IMG/VR virus record: IMGVR_UViG_3300025000_000041
Source: a virus
DNA: 39,671 bases
Direction: 5' to 3' (one strand)
Shown here: positions 16,056 to 24,705 of the stretch, in pieces
Position numbering within the stretch: the first letter of the stretch is position 1
Layout of the letters: each line of letters starts with the position of its first letter
Made by a program: the position numbers and the translations under genes
The notes under the pieces: model-generated
Seen by the model: only the letters and a program-made list of their open reading frames with translations
The model's database searches: none
Told to the model about the DNA's origin: nothing

Positions 16056-17918
16056 TTGGCAGACATCAAATTTATTGTAGGCGTTGATACCACAACTGGC
16101 GTAGCTTCGATAAAGCAGTTCGACGGGGCTCTTGAACAGATGGGTGAGCAGGCCAAGAAAACTGAAAAAGCCCATGCTGGGCTGACCGGCTCCATTTCCG
16201 TTGGAAACTTCATTGCGGATCAGGCGAGCAAGGCTTTTGATCGGCTTAAAAACGAGTTCTTTGATTGCTTCACTCAGGCGCTGGAAGCCGACAAAATACA
16301 GCGAACCCTTGATTCCACCCTTCGAGCGAACAATGAAAGCGTACTGATTGTTGGAGAAGGCATTAATCGGTTTGCATCGCAGATGCAGGCCATGACTGGC
16401 GTTACGGATGATGATGTAAAGGCAATGGCCGCCCTCACACTGAACCTTGGCATTAATAAAGAGCAAATGCAAGAGGTGATTCGTGGCGCTATCGGTCTGA
16501 CATCAATTTATGGCGGCTCACTGCCTGCCAACTTGCAGGCTGTTGCTAAGGCATATCAGGGCAACTGGGATAGCGCAAATTCGTTGATCCCCGAAGTCAA
16601 GAGTCTTGCGGACGAAAGCGACAAGATGGGGATGCTTCAGAAAAAGATGGCCGAGGGGTTCAGTGCCACCACGGAAAACATGAAGGGGCAATCGGGACAA
16701 CTCGCTATCGTCAAGAACGATTGGATTAATTTCAAGCAATCTGCCGGCGAAGCCATGCTTGGCATATTTAGTGGGGTAAAAAAGCTCTCTGATTCACTGA
16801 CTGGACATTCAGCCTTGTTGGCACGGATGAAACGTGAACAAGATGAGTACAATGCCGCTATGGAAGAGGCAAAGAAAACGCACGTAACTTATGCCGACAT
16901 TTTGCACGACGAACTGAATCCATCCAAGGAGATTGCCGAGACTCTCGCTTGGATGAATGAGAACCTTGACGAGAACGGCAAACTTATAAAGAAGGTCACG
17001 AAGGAAACAAAGGATTTGAATGGGGAAAACAAAAAAGCCGGGGATAGTGTTGGCAAGTTAGTCAAGGCCGAGGACAAGCACGCTGACCTGATAAAGAAAA
17101 TGCCCCCCGCGACCAAGGCCGCAACTGCCGCGCTCAATGGGGAGTTAAGCCCTGCGGTGGTCAAACTTGGAAATGAGATCGACAACGTGAGCGACAGTTT
17201 GCTTGACTTCAGCATAGCGTCCAGCAGCGCCATGGATGATTTCATGGCAAACGCCACTGAGGCCTGGGCTAAGTACGGCGAGACCGCGCAGAACATCATC
17301 TACGGCATTGATGCAATCATCATGCAGTCCTACCGCAATCAAGAGATTGCAATGGACAACGAGTACAAGAAGAAGGTCGACGCCATCGAGAAATCCAAGA
17401 TGAACGAGCAGGAGAAGGCCGACGCCCTCGCTGCCCTGGATGAGGAATTCGACGCCAAACGCTCGGCGCTCAAGGCGAAACAGGCGAAGCAGGACAAGGC
17501 TATGTCCATGATCCAGGCGACCATAAACACCTTTGAGGCCGCGTCTAAGGCGTACACGCTTGGCCCGATCATTGGCCCGATCTTTGCCGGCATCATTACC
17601 GCATTGGGGCTTGGCTTGGTCGCCAAGATCAAGGCGCAGCCGATCCCCCTCGCCAAGGGCGGCATATTCGACCGGCCCACGCTCATGGCTGGCGGTGCTT
17701 ACCAAGTAGCCGAGGCCGGGGAAAAGGAAGTCGTCGCCCCGCTCTCAGGTCTGCGCCGTGAACTCGGCATGGACAAGCATCAATCGTCTGGCTCAATCGT
17801 CATTCAAAATCGCATCTATCTGGACGGGCATGAAATGAAACAATTCATCACGCGGGTCATTGAGGAAAAGGGCAGGACGGGCAAGTTGAAACTCGCGCCC
17901 AAGGCGGTGAGGACATGA
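16056..17918 (+). CDS. Tail tape measure protein
   Basis: 620 aa. Helical Ala/Lys/Glu-rich sequence, core-like motif AMTGVTDDDVKAMAALTLNLGI, hydrophobic Gly-rich segment GPIIGPIFAGIITALGLGLVA. TTG start right after the GT stop, with AGGAGAAG upstream. Confidence 0.85.
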   Translation: MADIKFIVGVDTTTGVASIKQFDGALEQMGEQAKKTEKAHAGLTGSISVGNFIADQASKAFDRLKNEFFDCFTQALEADKIQRTLDSTLRANNESVLIVGEGINRFASQMQAMTGVTDDDVKAMAALTLNLGINKEQMQEVIRGAIGLTSIYGGSLPANLQAVAKAYQGNWDSANSLIPEVKSLADESDKMGMLQKKMAEGFSATTENMKGQSGQLAIVKNDWINFKQSAGEAMLGIFSGVKKLSDSLTGHSALLARMKREQDEYNAAMEEAKKTHVTYADILHDELNPSKEIAETLAWMNENLDENGKLIKKVTKETKDLNGENKKAGDSVGKLVKAEDKHADLIKKMPPATKAATAALNGELSPAVVKLGNEIDNVSDSLLDFSIASSSAMDDFMANATEAWAKYGETAQNIIYGIDAIIMQSYRNQEIAMDNEYKKKVDAIEKSKMNEQEKADALAALDEEFDAKRSALKAKQAKQDKAMSMIQATINTFEAASKAYTLGPIIGPIFAGIITALGLGLVAKIKAQPIPLAKGGIFDRPTLMAGGAYQVAEAGEKEVVAPLSGLRRELGMDKHQSSGSIVIQNRIYLDGHEMKQFITRVIEEKGRTGKLKLAPKAVRT

Positions 17919-19024
17919 ACGTCGTCGATTGCCGTTTGATCTATGACAACTTCATTCGTGTGGCATCCATAATCAGCGCCTCGCACACGCAGCACCCGCA
18001 GTTCCCGCTCGAATATATGCAGGACGACGCGCTGTCATTGCCGTGGCGCTCGCGCTACGGGACAGACACGGGCAACGGGCTGTTTATTGTCCATGCCGGG
18101 GTGAGCGACAGCATCGATTTCGACGAGGGCGGCGCGGAGCTGACGGCTACGCTATCGGCTGGCAACCTGAACGGGCAGACCTTGGCGACTGAGGTTGAAA
18201 CACAACTCAATGCGGAAGGGGCACTGACTTACACCGTCACCTATGACGATACCACGGGCCTGTTCACCATTGCCGCATCGGGCAACTTCACCCTGCGCTG
18301 GAATACCGGAACCAACAAGGCAGTTGACGCATCGGGCATTCTGGGATTCAGCGATGCTGCTGATGATACCGGGGCCGACACCTACACATCAGACACGGCT
18401 GTAATTCACACCTTCGAGTATGTCAGCATGGATCTGGGCGAGGCGAAGGAGTACGACAGTATCGCCCTGCTGAACCATAACCTGACATCGTCTGCAACGA
18501 TAACCGTTTATGGGGCCGACGACTCGGCTTTCAGCAGCAATGTGGTCAGCGATACCCTGACTTACAACGCCAACAATATCTATCAGTTCCTGACCACCGC
18601 ACGGACCAAGCGGTACATTCAACTCCGCATCACCGACAAGGCTAATCCATCCATGTACGTCCAGGTCGGCGTGTTTGTCATAGGTAAGTACCTGGAGACC
18701 GACCGCGCCTTTGGCCCGTACTCCGAGGGCGAGGTTGACGAAACCGAGATCGAGTACTCGCCGAGCAATAATGCTTTCGTTACCCAGGAGCGCCCGCCGC
18801 TGGTCAACTACGAGCTGCCGTTCTCGGGCCTCAATGACACGACGGTCACCGGCATCCGTGCCATGCTCAAGGAGTGCGGGGTGCGCAAGGCGTTCTGGCT
18901 CTGCGTGGACAGCACTGGGGCCAACACCAACTCCTACTGGTTGAAACTGAAGGAGACCACGCCGCCGGCTTGTGAGCAAATCGGTTACTGGACCTGGACC
19001 ATGATCGCCGAGGAGAGGTTGTAG
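17915..19024 (+). CDS. Distal tail protein (Dit-like by position) with inserted accessory domain
   Basis: 369 aa, directly after the tape measure gene (ATGA overlap). Contains the domain shared with the tail tube candidate (LRWNTGTNKAVD...DAADDTGADTYTSD). Confidence 0.5.
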   Translation: MNVVDCRLIYDNFIRVASIISASHTQHPQFPLEYMQDDALSLPWRSRYGTDTGNGLFIVHAGVSDSIDFDEGGAELTATLSAGNLNGQTLATEVETQLNAEGALTYTVTYDDTTGLFTIAASGNFTLRWNTGTNKAVDASGILGFSDAADDTGADTYTSDTAVIHTFEYVSMDLGEAKEYDSIALLNHNLTSSATITVYGADDSAFSSNVVSDTLTYNANNIYQFLTTARTKRYIQLRITDKANPSMYVQVGVFVIGKYLETDRAFGPYSEGEVDETEIEYSPSNNAFVTQERPPLVNYELPFSGLNDTTVTGIRAMLKECGVRKAFWLCVDSTGANTNSYWLKLKETTPPACEQIGYWTWTMIAEERL

Positions 19025-22000
19025 TGGCCGTCACCGCCCCGAGCAATCTCGCAGCCAGCGCCGCCAGCTCCAGCAGGATCAACCTGTCCTGGACCAACGC
19101 GCAGAGCTACATCGGCATCGAGGTTCAGCGCAGCCTGACCGGAGCCGGGAGCTGGTCGGTGCTGGACACTATCAGCGGCACGGCGACCAGTTACTCGGAT
19201 ACGAGCTGCAACGACGGCACGCGCTACTACTACCAGTTGAACTGCTCTGCGGGGGAGGATTCGGATTTCTCCAACACCGCCAACGCCATCACCCTGCTGA
19301 CAGCGCCAAGCGGATTGTCCGGCACGTCGACCGATGGCGGGACCAAGTGCCCGCTGACCTGGAGCGACAACTGCCAGAATGAGACGGGATTCAAGGTCTA
19401 CAAGAACGGCGCGCTACTGGCAACGCTTGGCGCCAACGTCGAGGCTTACGAGGCCACCGGCTTGACGCCCGGGGCGTCCTACACTTTCACCGTCAAGGCC
19501 TACAATACCCTGATTACGTCGTCTGCATCCAACTCGTTCTATATCGTCATGGCCGATCCACCGGCTGCGCCATCGGGGCTGTCTGCCACGGTCACCGGCA
19601 CGACCACCGCGCAGCTGAACTGGACGGACAACGCCGACAACGAGACGCGGTACTACGTCGAGCAGAGTTCAACGAGCGCATCGGCGGGCTTCGCGGTCAT
19701 CGGCACTTACGACGCCGCCAACGTGACCACCCGGGCCGTCACGGGCCTGACATCGAACACGCAGTACTGGTTCCGCGTGCGCGCGTACAACGCGAGCGGG
19801 TACTCCAGTTACTGCACCGTGGCGACCTGCACAACATGGGCGGCGATTGCCGCGCCGACGAACCTTGTGGTTGTGGCCATCTCTGACACGACCGTCTACT
19901 ACTATTTCGACGACAACTCCGAGCTGGAGGACGCGCACTGCGTCGAGATGAAGATCGGGGCGGGGGCGTACTCGGAGATCGTTCAACTGCCGCCGAACCG
20001 CAACGCTCACCGCAAGACCGGGCTGTCGGCCGGCACGACGTACACCTTCAAGATCCGCGCATTGCAGGGAGCCAGCACGTATTCCAGCTACAGCGACGAA
20101 GTCTCTGTCACGACGCTCTCGGCTCCCGACGCCCCCACCGGCCTGGCCGTCTCCGAGTATCAGGACACTTGGCTGCGCTTGGGCTGGACCGCGTCGACCG
20201 GGGCCACCGGCTACAAGATCGCGCAGTCGCCCAATGACTCCGACTGGACGGTCATTGCCACGATCCCCGATGACATCACCTCGTTCAAGGTGCCGGACCT
20301 GACCGCGTCGACGCTCTACTACTTCAAGGTGCTCGCATACAACGGTGCCGGCGACAGCGCCTACACCGCATCTGTGAACCAAACCACCCGCGCCTCCTTC
20401 TCCTTTTCCAACTTCCAACGGCTCATCCGCACAAGCAGCCCTAACCTGATATACCTCGTTGAACTGAACCCGTCGATGGTGCTTCAGGGCTGGGCACTGT
20501 CCGACGGGCAAACCTACACCTACGAGATCGCTTTCGATGAGCGGGGCGCGGTGCTCGATGCGGTCTATGAGAACGGCACGGCGCTGACCGAGCTGACCAG
20601 CATTGCCGCGGTGGAAGCAGCTGCCGGTTCATGGTGGCACGACACGACGAATGAAAAGGTCTATGTGCATACGTCGGGCGAGGACACGCCGAACGATTAC
20701 ACGGTGACCGGATCGTTCTGGCTGTACTTCACGACCTGGACCGACAAAGACGATATGACGATCTTTGACAGCAACCTCTATTTGCCGCTGGTCACGAGCA
20801 TCCCCGATATCAGCCAGGAGATCTCGCCGTACTACGAGGGTAATTTCATCATCAGTTCAGGCTCGATCTCATTCCTCAATGCGCAGATCGTCGGGGAGAA
20901 CTACTGGGACGACAAGATCGGCAAGTACATATTTTTGAACCGCAAGGCCGTGCTCAAGGCTGGCGGCGTCGGCTTTGATTACGACGATTTCGTCACGGTG
21001 AACACCGGCATCATGGACTCCTACACCTGTAACGACAAGGAGTTCAGCGTCGCGCTCCGTGACTTGCGGGACGGCATTAATCGTGCGCTGCCCGTAGCCA
21101 AGTACACCGTGGACGAGTTCCCGCGGCTGGACGAGAGCGCGGAGGGTAACCCCCGGGCGTTCGGCTACGGGGTTATCACCAACGCCGTGCCGGTGTGCAT
21201 TGACACGACCAACCGCATATTCGAGTTTCACGCCGGCCGGATCAAGTCTGTCGAGTACGTCTATCAGAACGGGACCGCGCTAACCCAAGGCACTCACTAC
21301 TACATCGACTACCAGCGCGGGCGCATCATCCTCTCCCGGTCGATGGCGTACTCTGCCGACGATATTATTTTGGTTAGCTTCACCGGGGCCGTCACCGATG
21401 CCAACGAGACGATTAGCACCGGGGCGCACATCTTCAAGCACCTGGTCAACAACTACCTCGACATCAACGACGACAACCTGGACCTCGATTCAATCTGGGC
21501 CACGCACGTTGCCAAGAGCACGGCGCTGGCGTTGCCGGTATGGAAAGACACTGACAGCCAGGAACTGATACGGCGCATTGAGCGGAGCATTGAGGCGAAT
21601 ACATTCCAGGCCGCCGACGGGAAGCTGGGCATCAAGGCCGCGTTGACCTCCGCGCCATCGGATATATTCTACATCCCCGACGCGCACGTCATCGACTTCT
21701 CCATGTCCCGGGATAAGTACTCGCTGTTCTCCACAGTCAACGTCTACTACGGCGAGGATCCCAGCACCGACAAGTACAGCCTGCAACAGTGCGGGAATAG
21801 CCAGTTGACCCACAAGCACGGCGTGGCGCAGTCGCTGGATGTCTACACGGCGCTGACTTCGAGCAGCGCGGCCACGTCCCTGGGCAGCGACATCATCGAT
21901 CTGCTCGACCGCTTCCAGGTTCACTTCACCGTGCCCCGCTCCCTGTTCACCCATCAGCCGGGCGACCTCGTGTATCTGAACCGCACCCGGTACTACAACG

Positions 22001-22095
22001 AGAACCCCGTGGCGGCTAATAAACTGCTGCGCATCATCAGCATCAGCAAATCGTTCAGCTCGGGGCGCACGAGCATCACAGCGGAGGTCGTATGA
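19024..22095 (+). CDS. Tail hub/tip protein with five N-terminal fibronectin type III repeats
   Basis: 1023 aa. Five ~90-aa units each start AP(S/T)(G/N)L, contain L-x-W, and end Y-x-F/Y-x-V/I-x-A-x-N (e.g. TGLTPGASYTFTVKAYN, TQYWFRVRAYNASGYS). C-terminal ~560 aa is non-repetitive. Position is after the Dit-like gene. Confidence 0.65.
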   Translation: MAVTAPSNLAASAASSSRINLSWTNAQSYIGIEVQRSLTGAGSWSVLDTISGTATSYSDTSCNDGTRYYYQLNCSAGEDSDFSNTANAITLLTAPSGLSGTSTDGGTKCPLTWSDNCQNETGFKVYKNGALLATLGANVEAYEATGLTPGASYTFTVKAYNTLITSSASNSFYIVMADPPAAPSGLSATVTGTTTAQLNWTDNADNETRYYVEQSSTSASAGFAVIGTYDAANVTTRAVTGLTSNTQYWFRVRAYNASGYSSYCTVATCTTWAAIAAPTNLVVVAISDTTVYYYFDDNSELEDAHCVEMKIGAGAYSEIVQLPPNRNAHRKTGLSAGTTYTFKIRALQGASTYSSYSDEVSVTTLSAPDAPTGLAVSEYQDTWLRLGWTASTGATGYKIAQSPNDSDWTVIATIPDDITSFKVPDLTASTLYYFKVLAYNGAGDSAYTASVNQTTRASFSFSNFQRLIRTSSPNLIYLVELNPSMVLQGWALSDGQTYTYEIAFDERGAVLDAVYENGTALTELTSIAAVEAAAGSWWHDTTNEKVYVHTSGEDTPNDYTVTGSFWLYFTTWTDKDDMTIFDSNLYLPLVTSIPDISQEISPYYEGNFIISSGSISFLNAQIVGENYWDDKIGKYIFLNRKAVLKAGGVGFDYDDFVTVNTGIMDSYTCNDKEFSVALRDLRDGINRALPVAKYTVDEFPRLDESAEGNPRAFGYGVITNAVPVCIDTTNRIFEFHAGRIKSVEYVYQNGTALTQGTHYYIDYQRGRIILSRSMAYSADDIILVSFTGAVTDANETISTGAHIFKHLVNNYLDINDDNLDLDSIWATHVAKSTALALPVWKDTDSQELIRRIERSIEANTFQAADGKLGIKAALTSAPSDIFYIPDAHVIDFSMSRDKYSLFSTVNVYYGEDPSTDKYSLQQCGNSQLTHKHGVAQSLDVYTALTSSSAATSLGSDIIDLLDRFQVHFTVPRSLFTHQPGDLVYLNRTRYYNENPVAANKLLRIISISKSFSSGRTSITAEVV

Positions 22096-22613
22096 GCGAC
22101 GAACTGAAGGGGCACATCAAGGCCGACCCCAAGGCCGCGCACGGCATCTGGGACATGATCGTGAGCAATACTGCGCTCAAGAGCCGGGCCAAGTTCCGCG
22201 CATACGTCGCTTCTGCACAGAACAATCTCGCGCTCAATAGCTACGTCAAGATGGTCATGGACGGGGAGAGTTACGATATCGGCGGGAACTTCGACGCGGT
22301 GACCGATTTCCGGTTCGTTGCGCCGGTTGCCGGGTTCTATGCGTTCACCGCTGGCATTTTGCTGACCAGCGGCGGGGCGGGGCATCTGTACAACCTCGCG
22401 CTGTACAAGAACGGCTCGGTGGAGACGTTGACCCAGGCGGCGATGAACTCCGACGGCGACAATATCGGGCTGGTCATCTCGGACATCATGCGCCTGGCTG
22501 CTAATGACTACATCGAGGTGTACGTAAGGAGCGTCAACAATTCAACAACGGACATAACCACGGGGGCGACTAATAGTTACTTCGCGGGTCATATCATTTC
22601 GACGGACATATAG
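22092..22613 (+). CDS. C1q/TNF-like jelly-roll domain protein (candidate receptor-binding tip)
   Basis: 173 aa. FRAYVASAQ...YDIGGNFD...FVAPVAGFYAFTAG...LALYKNGS...LAANDYIEVYV...SYFAGHII follows the C1q globular-domain pattern (F-x-A...F-x-x-P-x-x-G-x-Y-x-F...NG...D-x-V...F-x-G-x-L/I). Confidence 0.55.
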   Translation: MSDELKGHIKADPKAAHGIWDMIVSNTALKSRAKFRAYVASAQNNLALNSYVKMVMDGESYDIGGNFDAVTDFRFVAPVAGFYAFTAGILLTSGGAGHLYNLALYKNGSVETLTQAAMNSDGDNIGLVISDIMRLAANDYIEVYVRSVNNSTTDITTGATNSYFAGHIISTDI

Positions 22614-22622
22614 GAGGCGAAC

Positions 22623-24113
22623 ATGAAAAGAGTATTTTTGATCCTGCTGGCAATGGCAACGCTGCTGCCGGCGACGAACAAGACCGACCAGTTCAACCTG
22701 TCGTACTGGCTGTACAAGCCGGTGAGCGTGACGGGCTACGTTGCCACGAACGGCACCACCCTCCTCACCGCCGACTGGAACGTGGGGGCGTTTGATCTGA
22801 CTTGCGTGGACATGACGGCAACCGGCACGGTGACGGGCAACAACCTCACCGCCTCGCCTACGCTAGGGGCCGAGATCAATACCGGCTTTGCCTCATGGAC
22901 GGCCACTAGCGGTTGGACATACGGCAGCGGCAAGTGGACGCACTCTACCGGCACAACCGCATTGAATGACGACCAGAGTGCGGTGTTCAACATTACGAAA
23001 ACCTACAAAATCACCATTACCTACACCTGGGCGGGGGCCGGGTCGGTATTTGTAGTGACCGCTGGCGGCATAACTTTTCCGTCAATATATTCTTCAGCAT
23101 CAACGACGGTAAGTTATTACCTTTATCCCACAGCCACAACCCGCCTCGCCATTACTCCCACAACCGGATTTACTGGTTCAATAGATTCTGTATCAATAAA
23201 AGAATTGACCCAGGGTGAGATTTCAAATGGTGGATTCACGTTGGGGGGCACCCAGTTTTTAATCCCCGGTGGCAACGCCGCGCATCCCGCCATTGCCAGT
23301 ATTTACGATTCAACCACTGGATTATTTATTGACAGTTCTGGCCGTTTTAATTGGGCGGTTGGGGGATCGCGCTACGGGTTTTTTACATCTACCGGAATTT
23401 CAATGTATTCTGACACGGCCAAGTTGAGTTTTGGATCGTCGCTCGATACGTTCCTGTGGCGCGACTCTGCGGCAACCTTGCAAATGGGCGTTGATGCCGC
23501 TTCTCCAATTACTCAAACCATCAAGGGTTCTGACACTTCGGCCAGTGATACCGCTGGCGGCGATATACGCTTACGAGGCGGCACATCAAAGGGTAGCGGG
23601 TCGGGCGGTGCGGTTTATATCGGGACAACCACATCGGGAGCGGCAGCGGCCACGGACAATACATACATTGACCGCGTAAAGATTGACGATACGGGAACTA
23701 CCATGCTCGGCGCAAACGCACAGGCTACAAATATCAAGCAGGCAACGGTTGTCGTTACCACCACCGCAGCGGCTACGGCCACGGCGACCAACCTCATCCC
23801 TGCCGGGGCGACAGTTATAGGCGTCACGACTCGCGTGACGTCCGCCGTGACGGGGGACGCGGGCTTTACGGGCTTTGATGTCGGCCATTCTGGAACAGCC
23901 ATTGTCTCGGCAGATCAAAACGCATTTGGTGATAATGTCACTCCATCCATAAACGAAACAACGGACGGGACGGATTCAACCGTTGCGGGGCCAATCAATT
24001 TTTGTACGGCGGCAGATGTGGTCTTAACTCAGCGAGGCGGTTCAACCTTTGTCGCTGGCGGCGTGGTTCGCGTCACGGTTCACTACATCAACCTGACCGC
24101 TCCTTCCACTTGA
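22623..24113 (+). CDS. Tail fibre-like protein with Sec-signal-like N-terminus
   Basis: 496 aa. N-terminus MKRVFLILLAMATLLPAT. Thr/Gly/Ala-rich. Has a carbohydrate-binding-like segment (GFASWTATSGWTYGSGKWTHSTG...ITITYTW...GSIDSVSIKEL) shared with the 10212..11600 product. Confidence 0.55.
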   Translation: MKRVFLILLAMATLLPATNKTDQFNLSYWLYKPVSVTGYVATNGTTLLTADWNVGAFDLTCVDMTATGTVTGNNLTASPTLGAEINTGFASWTATSGWTYGSGKWTHSTGTTALNDDQSAVFNITKTYKITITYTWAGAGSVFVVTAGGITFPSIYSSASTTVSYYLYPTATTRLAITPTTGFTGSIDSVSIKELTQGEISNGGFTLGGTQFLIPGGNAAHPAIASIYDSTTGLFIDSSGRFNWAVGGSRYGFFTSTGISMYSDTAKLSFGSSLDTFLWRDSAATLQMGVDAASPITQTIKGSDTSASDTAGGDIRLRGGTSKGSGSGGAVYIGTTTSGAAAATDNTYIDRVKIDDTGTTMLGANAQATNIKQATVVVTTTAAATATATNLIPAGATVIGVTTRVTSAVTGDAGFTGFDVGHSGTAIVSADQNAFGDNVTPSINETTDGTDSTVAGPINFCTAADVVLTQRGGSTFVAGGVVRVTVHYINLTAPST

Positions 24114-24119
24114 CTGAAC

Positions 24120-24704
24120 GTGGGGATAATGGGCGACAGTAAAAGTGACACCGACAGAACGTGGCCGACCCTTATGTTTGCTGATTTGAACACTGCGGGC
24201 TTGGCAACGCAAAATGTATTCGCAGAGGACTTGCCTAGAAATTGGGCTGTCGGCGGCTATAAACTGAGCACGTTAAAATCCTCTTTCGATGCCTTCATGC
24301 TGGAACACGCGGGAAAGGCGAGTAGTGTTTGCGACAAGTTTGTATTCCTTATCAATGTTGGCGCAAATGACGTTTCGGGTGTTATCGTAGAGGCAACCTG
24401 GAAAACGAATTACAACTACATCATTGATGCCATTTTGACTGAATATCCCACCGGTAAAATTTACATCACGAAACCGTGGCGCAGGGACTACGGAACGGAA
24501 TGCGATACGCTGGCCGGTTACATTGACGATATTGTTGCGGCCTATGCCATCTCAAATCCCGATCACGTCTACGTTGGAGATGATGAATGCACATGGTTAG
24601 AGGGCGGTGACAACGGAGCAACCATGTCAAGTGACGGCATACACTATTCAACAGCCGGAAATACCGCAAAGGCCGCCGCTATTCGTGCGGTCATTGGGTA
24701 CTAA
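24120..24704 (+). CDS. SGNH/GDSL-family hydrolase (esterase/deacetylase)
   Basis: Block I GDS (MGIMGDSKS), block III GAND (LINVGANDV), block V D-x-x-H (SSDGIHYS). The start may be GTG 24120 or ATG 24129. The strand preceding GDS is unusually short. Confidence 0.75.
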   Translation: MGIMGDSKSDTDRTWPTLMFADLNTAGLATQNVFAEDLPRNWAVGGYKLSTLKSSFDAFMLEHAGKASSVCDKFVFLINVGANDVSGVIVEATWKTNYNYIIDAILTEYPTGKIYITKPWRRDYGTECDTLAGYIDDIVAAYAISNPDHVYVGDDECTWLEGGDNGATMSSDGIHYSTAGNTAKAAAIRAVIGY

Positions 24705-24705
24705 C

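Noticed and set aside
15309-16472. 387-aa minus-strand ORF across the chaperone and tape measure start
   Set aside because: The + strand here has the canonical G/GT frameshift arrangement and the tape measure start. The antisense translation is Ser/Leu-rich with no motifs, and would be the only reverse gene inside a tightly coupled operon.
22623-24113. Diversity-generating retroelement targeting the fibre or C1q-like genes
   Set aside because: There is no reverse transcriptase gene, and I saw no template/variable repeat pair with adenine-specific differences anywhere in the window.
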